From: Eubacteriales bacterium
GTDB lineage: Bacteria; Bacillota; Clostridia; Oscillospirales; Oscillospiraceae
DNA length: 55,989 nucleotides
Reading direction: 5' to 3'
Assembly (NCBI GenBank): GCA_030531585.1
Contig: JAUNNC010000003.1
Coordinates: 1,926-57,914, forward strand
The notes under the pieces were generated by a model that worked only from the letters and a program-made list of their open reading frames with translations, was not told the DNA's origin and made no database searches. Shown piece by piece: positions 17,584 through 26,351 of the stretch (position 1 is its first letter; each line of letters begins with the position of its first letter). The position numbers were made by a program, and so were the translations under genes.

Positions 17584-17620
17584 AAAAAGCGGAGGCGCAA
17601 AAGCCTCCGCTTTTTTCTTT
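17584..17620. terminator. Bidirectional rho-independent terminator
   Basis: AAAAA-GCGGAGGC-GCAAAA-GCCTCCGC-TTTTTT. The A-run and T-run give a U-tract on both strands. Lies between the micro-ORF (+) and the 17627..18397 gene (-). Confidence 0.8.
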
Positions 17621-17626
17621 TCCGTT

Positions 17627-18397
17627 TTATCGCAGCTTGGGGCAGACGCTGTCGGCCAGATCCTCGACGAGCTTCCGGGCGGCCCGCTCGCACTCCTCCG
17701 GGCTCTGCGCGGGCGTCTCGAGCTCGACGGGCTCGCCCTCGACCTCCGCGAGCATCCTGCGTTTGCGGCGGCTGATGAAGAAGATGAGCGGCACGCCCGC
17801 GGCGATCAGCGAGCCGAACACCTTCAGCAGCTTCGACACCGTCTCGTAGCTGTCCCAGAACACGGGCAGGAGGGCGTCGATCATGCCGAAGCCGAGGCAC
17901 AGCAGCACGATGGTGCGCAGGCTGTGCCGGTTGAGGATCTTTTTCAGCGGCAGATCGGGGAAGACCGTCTTCGCCGCGAGGGTAAAGATGATCACCGCCA
18001 GCAGCGCGATGGCGAGCCAGCCGAGCACTGCGGCCGCGACCGGCGACAGCACCGAGGACCACAGCGCGGTGACCAGCGCGGTCACGACCGTGCCGAGCGC
18101 CCAGAGCGGGACGAACACCAGGGCGCGCACGCCCGTGGGGGCCGAGCGCACCATCCGTCGTATCCCGCCGCGAAGGCTGCGCTTCTCCTCTCCGGTCTCG
18201 CTCCCCTCTTCGTCCGCGCTCCCGCCGCCGTCGTCGGCGGGCGAGGCGTCCGCATCAAGGCTCTGGACCAGCGGGCCGGGCCCGTCTTCCAGAAGCTCGT
18301 CGGGCGAGGCAAAGGCGCCGCCGACCAGCACGCCCGCCGCGGTGACCGCGGCGACCGCAGAAGCCGCGGCCTTGCCGTTGATCTTTTTCTCTGCCAT
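17627..18397 (-). CDS. Hypothetical membrane protein (acidic/Gly-rich N-region, 4-5 TM helices)
   Basis: 256 codons from ATG at 18397 (MAEKKINGKAAAS...) with GGGAGGGAGAA upstream. The TM stretches begin at VFVPLWALGTVV..., LGWLAIALLAVIIF..., IVLLCLGFGMI... and LIAAGVPLIFFI. No recognisable family. Confidence 0.65.
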   Translation of the reverse strand: MAEKKINGKAAASAVAAVTAAGVLVGGAFASPDELLEDGPGPLVQSLDADASPADDGGGSADEEGSETGEEKRSLRGGIRRMVRSAPTGVRALVFVPLWALGTVVTALVTALWSSVLSPVAAAVLGWLAIALLAVIIFTLAAKTVFPDLPLKKILNRHSLRTIVLLCLGFGMIDALLPVFWDSYETVSKLLKVFGSLIAAGVPLIFFISRRKRRMLAEVEGEPVELETPAQSPEECERAARKLVEDLADSVCPKLR

Positions 18398-18600
18398 TGT
18401 TCTCCCTCCCTGCGAGCCGGGCAGCCCTGACAGGCCGCCCTTTTCTTTGTATCCCAGTATAGCACAGCCTCTCGATTCCCGCAAGCCGCGCCGTCTGTAT
18501 GACGTTTTGGGAAAGAAATTGGTTCCCTGCCGCGCTTCGGGCGGCGATTATTTATTATGTAAACTTTTTATGTTTCTTCTTCCGTTCTCCCATATACCGT

Positions 18601-18629
18601 TTGACTTTCCCGGGAAACTACGCTAAGAT
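18601..18629 (+). promoter_or_regulatory. Promoter-like TTGACT-17-TAAGAT about 300 nt upstream of pgmB
   Basis: TTGACT at 18601-18606, a 17-nt spacer, TAAGAT at 18624-18629. Confidence 0.4.
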
Positions 18630-18644
18630 GGAGCGCACAAACTC

Positions 18645-18914
18645 ATACTATCCTCTAATAGAAATCTTGAATTCTTTGCGGCTGGATTTGCGCCATGCTT
18701 CGTTTCGTCGGCACAAGCTCCGGATCGTCTCGCTTCCGTGAAGCGTCACGAAAGCTCGCTCCCTCCGCTGCGCCTCCTCTTCCCGTCAAAACAGGCGTTT
18801 TGACGGGAGTCCAGGCCTTGACCATATATCTCCATTATGCTCTGCGGGAAGCGCCTAGCCTGACACAAATCCATCTCGCAAATCTGATTCAACCTTTCTA
18901 TCAGAGAATAGTAT
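18645..18914. repeat. About 270-bp segment bounded by ~50-bp imperfect inverted repeats (MITE-like or long-stem leader) just upstream of the pgmB RBS
   Basis: Left arm is 18645-18692 (ATACTATCCTCTAATAGAAATCTTGAATTCTTTGCGGCTGGATTTGCG). The reverse complement of 18864-18914 is GATACTATTCTCTGATAGAAAGGTTGAATCAGATTTGCGAGATGGATTTGTG. Roughly three quarters of positions match by eye. There is an internal 11-bp hairpin, CCCGTCAAAAC-AGGC-GTTTTGACGGG. Confidence 0.55.
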
Positions 18915-18936
18915 CAAAACGCCAAGGGGTGTTCTT

Positions 18937-19575
18937 ATGAAATACAAGGGGATCATTTTCGATCTGGACGGCGTGATCTGCTCGACGGATCATTACCACT
19001 ATCTGGCCTGGAAGGCGCTGGCCGACCGGCTGGGCGTCTACTTTGACGAGACGATCAACAACCGCCTGCGCGGCGTGTCCCGCATGGCGAGTCTCGACAT
19101 CGTGCTCGAGCGCTCCGAGCGCGCGTACACGCCCGAGGAGAAGGCGGCCTTTGCCGAGGAAAAGAACAGCACCTACCGCGAGCTGCTCAAATGCATGTCC
19201 CCCGCCGACCTCTCCCCGGAGGTCAAAGAGACGCTGGACGCGCTGCGCTCTCGCGGCCTGCTGCTGGGCATCGGCTCCTCGAGCAAAAACACGAAGTTCA
19301 TCCTGAGCCGGATCGGGCTCGGCGACTACTTTGACAAGATCTCCGACGGCACCAACATCACCCGCTCCAAGCCCGACCCCGAGGTCTTTCTCAAGGCTGC
19401 GGAATACCTCGGCCTTAAGCCGTCGGACTGCCTCGTGGTCGAGGACGCGAAGGCCGGGATCGAGGCCGCCTCCGCTGCGGGCATGGACTCCGCCGCGATC
19501 GGCGACGCCGCGGGCTGCGGCCTGGCGACCTACGATCTGGAGCGCTTCTCCGACCTGCTGGCCTGCGTGGACTGA
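18937..19575 (+). CDS. pgmB: Beta-phosphoglucomutase (HAD superfamily)
   Basis: 212 aa. HAD motif I is IFDLDGVI. Also has RGVSRMASL, GIGSSSKN and VVEDAKAGIEAA. Sits directly upstream of a GH65 phosphorylase. Confidence 0.9.
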   Translation: MKYKGIIFDLDGVICSTDHYHYLAWKALADRLGVYFDETINNRLRGVSRMASLDIVLERSERAYTPEEKAAFAEEKNSTYRELLKCMSPADLSPEVKETLDALRSRGLLLGIGSSSKNTKFILSRIGLGDYFDKISDGTNITRSKPDPEVFLKAAEYLGLKPSDCLVVEDAKAGIEAASAAGMDSAAIGDAAGCGLATYDLERFSDLLACVD

Positions 19576-19590
19576 GAGGGGGATGATTCT

Positions 19591-21861
19591 GTGAGCGGCG
19601 CACGTTTTCCCTATGAGCCCTGGACCGTCACCGAGGACGGCTTTCAGGCCGCCTCCCTGCGTGAGAGCGAGTCTGTCTTTGCCCTCGCCAACGGTCTGAT
19701 CGGCATGCGCGGCAACCTGGAGGAGCTCGGCGCGACAGGCGCCGAGAGCATTCAGGGCTGCTATCTCAACGGGGTCTTCGACTCCGAGCCCATCGTCTAC
19801 GGCGAGAGCGCTTACGGCTACGCCAAAAACCACGAGACGATCTGCAGCGTCATGGACGCAAAGAGCCTGTATCTATCCGCCGACGGGGAGAAGCTGGATC
19901 TCGGGCTGTGCGACGTGACGGAGCACCGCCGCGTGCTGGACATGCGCGCAGGGCTGCTGCGGCGCAGCTTCGTGTGGCACGCAAAAAGCGGCTGCACCCT
20001 GCGCGTGGAGACGGAGCGTCTGGTCAGCCTGACGCGGCAGGAGCTCGCCGCGACCCGGCTGCGGGTCCGCTGCGAGGCGGGCGGCTGCACGTTGCGCGCG
20101 GACAGCTTCCTCGCCCCCGCGGTCATCGCACAGGGCGACCCGAACGACCCGCGGGGCGCTTCGGGCAAGGACCGGAGCCTCCGCATCGGCGCGATCCGCG
20201 CGGAGGGGACGCTCCTGCGGATGCGGCAGCTCACCAAGCGCTCGGGCTTCACGATCAACTGCGCCGTGGAACACCGCTGCGCCATCTCCGGCGAGGTCTC
20301 CGTCACGGGCGACCGCGCGGTCTGGACGGCGGAACAGACGCTTCGGGCGGGCGATACGTTCACGCTCGAGCGCAGCATCTGTTACACCGCAACAAGGGAC
20401 GGCGAGGCCGACCGCTGGGACGACACGGCCGCGCAAGCCCGCTCCGCCCCGGCGTTCGACGCCCTCTGCGCCGAGCAGCGCGCCTGTCTCGACGCCTTCT
20501 GGGACCGCGCCGGGATCGACATTGAGGGCGACGACGCTCTGCTGCAGGGGCTGCGCTTCAATCTCTTCCACCTGTTCCAGTCCGTCGGGCGCGACGGCAG
20601 GCGCAACATCGCCGCCAAGGGCCTGACCGGCGAGGGCTACGAGGGCCACACCTTCTGGGACACCGAGGCCTACATCCTGCCGGTGTTCCTGTATACCGAG
20701 CCGACGCTTGCGCGCCGCCTGCTCGAGTACCGCTACGCCACCCTGCCGAAGGCGCGCGAGCGCGCCCGCATCATGGGTCATGCGCGCGGGGCGCTCTTCC
20801 CCTGGCGCAGCATCGACGGCGAGGAGTGCAGCGCCTACTTCCCGGCGGGCACGGCGCAGTACCACATCGACGGCGACGTGGCCCACGCGGTGTGGGAATA
20901 CTGGCAGTCCACCGGGGATCTGGACTTTCTCGCCCGCTGCGGCGCGGAGATCCTGGTCGAGACCGCGCGGCTGTACGCCGATCTGGGCTTCTTCAGCGCG
21001 GAAAAGGGCGGGCGTTTTGTGCTCAACTGTGTGACCGGGCCGGACGAATACAACGTGCTGGTCAACAACAACGTCTACACCAACCGCGTGGCGGAGGAGA
21101 ACTTCCGCAGCGCGGCGGCGGCGCTGGAGCTGCTCGCCGCGCGCTGTCCCGATGAGTACGCGCGCCTGTGCCGGGAGCTGAAGCTGGAGGCGGACGAGCC
21201 GCGGCAGTGGCTTGAGGCAGCGGAGCGCATGTACTATCCCCCGGCCCGCGACGGCGTCATCCCGCAGGACGACGGCTTCCTCGAGCGCAAGCCCTGGCCT
21301 CTCGAGAGCATCCCGAAAGAAAACCACCCCCTGCTGATGCACTACCACGGTCTGGTCATTTACCGGCACATGGTGTGCAAGCAGGCCGACCTGATCCTCG
21401 CCCTGACCCAGTACGGCGAGCACTACACGCTTGAGGAAAAGAAGCGGAACTTCGCCTTCTACGACAGCGTGACGACGCACGATTCCAGCCTTTCGATGGC
21501 GGTGTTCTCCATTCTCGCCAACGAGATCGGCGAGCTGTCGACGGCCTACGACTACTTCATGTCCTCGGCGCGTCTGGACCTGGACGACATGCACCGCAAC
21601 ACCAGGGACGGTCTGCACATGGCCAACATGGCCGGGACCTTCAACTGTGTGACCCGCGGCTTCGGCGGCATGCGCGTGCGGGACGGTGTGCTGTGCTTTG
21701 CGCCGGTCTGTCCGCCCCGGTGGCAGGGCTACGCCTTCCGCGTCCGCTTCCGCGGCCGGACGGTCGAGGTCCGGGTCACGGCCGGCGGCGCGGAATACCG
21801 CCTTCTCTCCGGCGATCCGATCACGATCCGCTCCTTCGGGGAAACGCTTGATTTGACATAA
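19591..21861 (+). CDS. GH65 alpha-glucoside phosphorylase (maltose/kojibiose/nigerose/trehalose phosphorylase family; substrate not assignable)
   Basis: 756 aa with a GTG start after GAGAGGGGG. Family-typical stretches include ESVFALANGLIGMRGNLEE, GLTGEGYEGHTFWDTE and HDSSLS. Confidence 0.9.
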   Translation: MSGARFPYEPWTVTEDGFQAASLRESESVFALANGLIGMRGNLEELGATGAESIQGCYLNGVFDSEPIVYGESAYGYAKNHETICSVMDAKSLYLSADGEKLDLGLCDVTEHRRVLDMRAGLLRRSFVWHAKSGCTLRVETERLVSLTRQELAATRLRVRCEAGGCTLRADSFLAPAVIAQGDPNDPRGASGKDRSLRIGAIRAEGTLLRMRQLTKRSGFTINCAVEHRCAISGEVSVTGDRAVWTAEQTLRAGDTFTLERSICYTATRDGEADRWDDTAAQARSAPAFDALCAEQRACLDAFWDRAGIDIEGDDALLQGLRFNLFHLFQSVGRDGRRNIAAKGLTGEGYEGHTFWDTEAYILPVFLYTEPTLARRLLEYRYATLPKARERARIMGHARGALFPWRSIDGEECSAYFPAGTAQYHIDGDVAHAVWEYWQSTGDLDFLARCGAEILVETARLYADLGFFSAEKGGRFVLNCVTGPDEYNVLVNNNVYTNRVAEENFRSAAAALELLAARCPDEYARLCRELKLEADEPRQWLEAAERMYYPPARDGVIPQDDGFLERKPWPLESIPKENHPLLMHYHGLVIYRHMVCKQADLILALTQYGEHYTLEEKKRNFAFYDSVTTHDSSLSMAVFSILANEIGELSTAYDYFMSSARLDLDDMHRNTRDGLHMANMAGTFNCVTRGFGGMRVRDGVLCFAPVCPPRWQGYAFRVRFRGRTVEVRVTAGGAEYRLLSGDPITIRSFGETLDLT

Positions 21862-21868
21862 TGCCAAA

Positions 21869-21907
21869 CCCACCGGTCGCAGTACGGACGACCGGTGGGC
21901 TTCTTTT
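21869..21907 (+). terminator. Rho-independent terminator after the GH65 gene
   Basis: CCCACCGGTCG-(9 nt)-CGACCGGTGGG followed by CTTCTTTT. Confidence 0.75.
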
Positions 21908-22052
21908 AAATCATATTGATTTTTCGTGAAAGGGGGTTCCGCCGCCTTAGGTCTCGCTGGAGGGCGGAGGAGGCGGAGCCGGCGGGTCCCCGGCGGGAGG
22001 CGCAGGGGGCGGATCACCGGCCGGAGGCGCGGGCCGTGCCGGATGCGGGTCC

Positions 22053-22823
22053 TCAACCGGCTGGCGGGTCATCTGGCTGAGGCGCAGGCGGCGCGTGTGT
22101 CGGGATCTCCGGCGGAGGAGGCGGAGGAGGCGGGTTCCCGCCGGGAGGCGGCGGGGGAGGCGGCTCCCACCACCATTCATCCCAGGGGCACCAGCAGCCC
22201 CAGTCTTCCTGTACGGTCTCCTCATAGGTCCAGATCTTCGCGACATCCGTATAGACGGGGCCGCCCTCGCCGGTAAAGCAGGCCTGGACCTGACAGCCGC
22301 CCATCCAGGACGGGATACCGCTGAGCGACAGCGTATCGGTATTGCCGCCGGAGACATGGAGTCCGGACACCTTGTCGGCCGCCTCGTATGCAGTCAGAAT
22401 GATGCTGCCGTCCGCGCTGGCGATATACCAGGTCACCGAAGTGGCGTTGGCCGCATGCGCGATGAACAGACAGGAGCCGCCGTAGGGCACAGACTCGCTG
22501 GTCGGGCTCTTGGTGACTCTTACGCGGTTGCTGACGGCGCCCGTGTAGTCCAGCATGGTGTTGAACGGACCCGGCGTCATCTGCGTGGTATTCTGCACGG
22601 TCTGTGCGGCGGTCTGCGCGGTATTCGCAGCGGGCGCCGTCACGGCGCCGGTCTCCTCGTCGACGTGGACGACAGGCACCCCGCAGTAGGGACAGACCCT
22701 GCTGTCCGTGGGGATCTTTCTGCCGCACATCCGGCAATAGAGCACGTCGTTGGCGGCAAAAGCCTGCCCGCCCAACGCGATCATGAGGACAAAAACGAGC
22801 AGCAGACACAGGATACGCTTCAT
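22053..22823 (-). CDS. Secreted/anchored hypothetical protein: signal peptide, C-x2-C...C-x2-C zinc ribbon, beta-rich domain, Trp/Cys cluster, poly-proline tail
   Basis: 256 aa: MKRILCLLLVFVLMIALGGQAFA, then CRMCGRKIPTDSRVCPYCG, then ...DWGCWCPWDEWWWEPPPPPPPGGNPPPPPPPPE. Has its own promoter. Pro-rich coding continues in another frame after the stop (see findings). Confidence 0.7.
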   Translation of the reverse strand: MKRILCLLLVFVLMIALGGQAFAANDVLYCRMCGRKIPTDSRVCPYCGVPVVHVDEETGAVTAPAANTAQTAAQTVQNTTQMTPGPFNTMLDYTGAVSNRVRVTKSPTSESVPYGGSCLFIAHAANATSVTWYIASADGSIILTAYEAADKVSGLHVSGGNTDTLSLSGIPSWMGGCQVQACFTGEGGPVYTDVAKIWTYEETVQEDWGCWCPWDEWWWEPPPPPPPGGNPPPPPPPPEIPTHAPPAPQPDDPPAG

Positions 22824-22909
22824 GGCACAACTCCCGCCTTTCCTGAAACGGTGAACAAATACGTGCGAAAAAGGTTTACATAAAGTTAAAAACCGGTATC
22901 TTTGGTAAC

Positions 22910-22938
22910 ATTATAGTACAACTTGGCAAAAAAAGCAA
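22910..22938 (-). promoter_or_regulatory. Promoter TTGCTT-17-TATAAT for the 22823..22053 gene
   Basis: Minus strand has TTGCTT (22938-22933), a 17-nt spacer and TATAAT (22915-22910). Confidence 0.55.
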
Positions 22939-22983
22939 GTACGAACTTGCCGCCATCCCGCGGTCATCCCACCGTCCTCAAAT

Positions 22984-23600
22984 CTTTTCCCTTGAGTAAA
23001 AGGTGCCCGCAGGGCAGATGAGGTGTCGCCGCCTCTTGCTCCCGTCCTCCCCCCCTGCACGTCATTGCGGGGCAGTGCGTCCCCCCGCCGCCACCCCAGT
23101 CCTTTCGAGCCTTCCCCTTGAGGGGAAGGTGCCCCGAAGGGGCGGATGAGGTGTCGCCGCCCCCCTTGCTCCCAGCCTGCCCGCTTGCACGTCATTGCGA
23201 ACCAGCGGCCCAGGCCGGTTTCTCTTGCCGCAAAAGGCTCTCCGTCATTGCGAGGAGCGAAGCGACGTGGCAATCCGCCTGCCTTTTGCGGCAATTCACC
23301 TTCTGACCGAAGTCACTGGTGTGGCAACCCGTTTTTTCTTTTACCGGTTTGCAGGAGGTGACCTGCGTATTGCGCCCCCGTCTGCCTTCCCCTTGAGGGG
23401 AAGGTGCCCGCAGGGCGGATGAGGTGTCGTTGCCTCTTGCTCCCAGCCTGCCCCCTTGCGCGTCATTGCGAACCAGTGCGCACACTGGTGCTTGCGCCCG
23501 CCCCCGTCTGCCTTCCCCTTGAGGGGAAGGTGCCCCGAAGGGGCGGATGAGGTGTCGCTGCCCCCTTGCTCCCCGCCTGCCCCCTTGCGCGTCATTGCGA
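22984..23600 (+). repeat. Four same-orientation copies of an ~87-bp hairpin-led repeat unit (family 1), interleaved with GTCATTGCGA...GGCAATCC modules
   Basis: Each unit starts with the palindrome CCTTCCCC-TTGA-GGGGAAGG and continues GTGCCC(C)G.AGGGGCGGATGAGGTGTCG...CTTGCTCCC..CCTGCCC.CTTGC.CGTCATTGCGA. Copies are at about 22984-23070 (degenerate), 23110-23200, 23385-23471 and 23511-23600. A fifth, inverted copy is at about 35077-35161. Confidence 0.85.
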
Positions 23601-24108
23601 GGCAGTGCGCACACTGCCGTGGCAATCCGCTCTCGCCTGCCGGTATGCAGACGATACCCTGCGCAATGCGCCCCCCATCTTCTTTTCGTTTTGCCGAAAA
23701 GAAGATGGTCCGCGCCCAGGCCAGAAGAAAAGGGCGCTTGCACGCGGGTTTCCCGCCGGCAAGCGTTGAGCCGGTCCCCACGGATATCTTGGCTTATTCT
23801 CAAAACCGGGTGCAGTCGTGGAATAGTTTGTCGCCTCTGTTTCCGCGCGGAGCCGCTTCGCTTGGCGCTGCACGGTGCAGGCGGTGAGGTTTTTGTACTG
23901 TCTTCCCGCCGCTCCCCGGGGAATCCAACGGGGGCCCGCGGGCCCCCTTGGCCGTTTCAATTAGGGAGGGTCAAGGGAGGGGAAGAAAACGGAATCTTCC
24001 CCTCCCTTGCGGCGTTTCTTTTGTCACTTTTCTTTGGTCCGAACAAAGAAAAGTGAATCACGCAAGTCATTCCCTGCATCCGCGACACGGAAAACGGATT
24101 TCCATGCC
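23459..24108 (+). repeat. Left copy (IR-L) of a ~650-bp mosaic inverted repeat bracketing the sugar cassette
   Basis: Aligns end to end with the reverse complement of 34561-35213. This includes about 120 consecutive identical bases by my reading (23943-24064 versus the complement of 34605-34726). It is built from at least 6 hairpin modules. Confidence 0.85.
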
Positions 24109-24130
24109 AGTCTGTGGATAGCTCGCCACG

Positions 24131-25002
24131 CTACAGTACATACAGCACCCCGTCGCGCTTTTCCTCCTCCGCCGCGGTCCCGGGCCGGAGGCGGGCATAT
24201 TCGGCGGGGTTCATGCCGACGCTCGCGCGGAAGACGCGCGCGAAGTAGTTGGCGTTGGTGAAGCCGCAGGCGTCGGAGACGAACTGTACGCTGTGCCCGC
24301 CCTGCCGCAGCAGGAGCCGCGCATTCTCGATGCGTACCTGATTGAGGTATTTCCCCGGCGTGATGCCCATATATTTGCAAAAGCAGCGCGTCAGATATTC
24401 CTGGCTGACCTCCAGGCGGTCGGCCAGCTCCCCGATCCCGTCGAGGAAGGCGTACTCGCGCCGCAGGATGCCGAGCGCCGCCTCCACCACGAGCGGCAGC
24501 CGGTTCCCGTCCGCGGGTCCGGCGCTCTCCGTGCCGTGCAGATCCATCAAAAGCTGGAAGGCCGCGCCGGAGGCCTCCTGCGCGGACAGCGCGTGTCTGC
24601 CGTGCGCCTCGGTGCGGTGCAGCATCCGTTCGAGGGCGAGGCCCCCGCGTTCAAAAAACAGCCCGGTCCGGCGGCAGTCGGACAGCACCGTGTCGGCCGC
24701 GCTGCCGCAGAGCGTCACGCAGCGCACCGTGCAGGCGCTCGCGGCCGGCAGCGACAGCTCCTCCCCTCCGGGGAAGGCCGCGGCCTGCGGCGCCTCCATC
24801 GTCCAGGCCCGGTCCGCCCAGGCTACCCGCAGGCGTCCCTCCGCCGGACCGAGGATGCGCCAGCGCCCGGCCTCGGCGGGCAGTGTGCGCACGCTCCCCG
24901 CCTCGAGGGAAAAGACAGACGCCTCGCAAACGCCCAGAAGCCCCGAGAGAAAATCTCCCGGAGCTTCCAGTACGGTATTCAGCTCTGTGGGCCGGCGATC
25001 CA

Positions 25003-25003
<1 letters not shown>
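24131..25003 (-). CDS. AraC-family transcriptional regulator
   Basis: About 290 aa. The C-terminal double HTH reads IGELADRLEVSQEYLTRCFCKYMGITPGKYLNQVRIENARLLL...VSDACGFTNANYFARVFRASVGMNPAEY. The ATG overlaps the upstream TGA (TGATG). Confidence 0.9.
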
Positions 25004-26103
<1,100 letters not shown>

Positions 26104-26255
26104 ACTGTTTCCTCCCGATCCGTTATATTTCGTTTTTTCCCGGACAAGGCCGGTGTGATCCCGTAGATTCTGTTTATAAAATAGCACGTTTTCGTCGGCT
26201 TTACAAGCCTACTTTTTTGATTGATAGATAATTTTTTGATCTGTTCGGCTTCCCC

Positions 26256-26284
26256 TTGCAGCGACAGGCGGGGTGTGGTATACT
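26256..26284 (+). promoter_or_regulatory. Promoter TTGCAG-17-TATACT (TG-extended) for the 26352 gene
   Basis: TTGCAG at 26256-26261, a 17-nt spacer ending in TGG, TATACT at 26279-26284. Confidence 0.5.
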
Positions 26285-26351
26285 GATTGACGGACAGGAA
26301 AGATTTGGATTATTCGCACCGCGGGGGACACGCGGCAAGAAGGAGCAGGAC

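Noticed and set aside
22984-23600. Considered whether the regularly recurring units could be a CRISPR array.
   Set aside because: The units are ~87 bp, far longer than CRISPR repeats. The spacing is irregular, the intervening segments are themselves repeated elsewhere in the window, and no cas genes are present.
23192-24056. Several 120-200-aa ORFs on both strands inside the repeat arrays, for example 23192..23803 (-), 23547..24056 (+) and 34617..35081 (-).
   Set aside because: Their similarity to each other is explained by the nucleotide repeats. They are readable in several frames and on both strands, they lack RBSs, and their stems change in a compensatory, structure-preserving way rather than a codon-preserving way.
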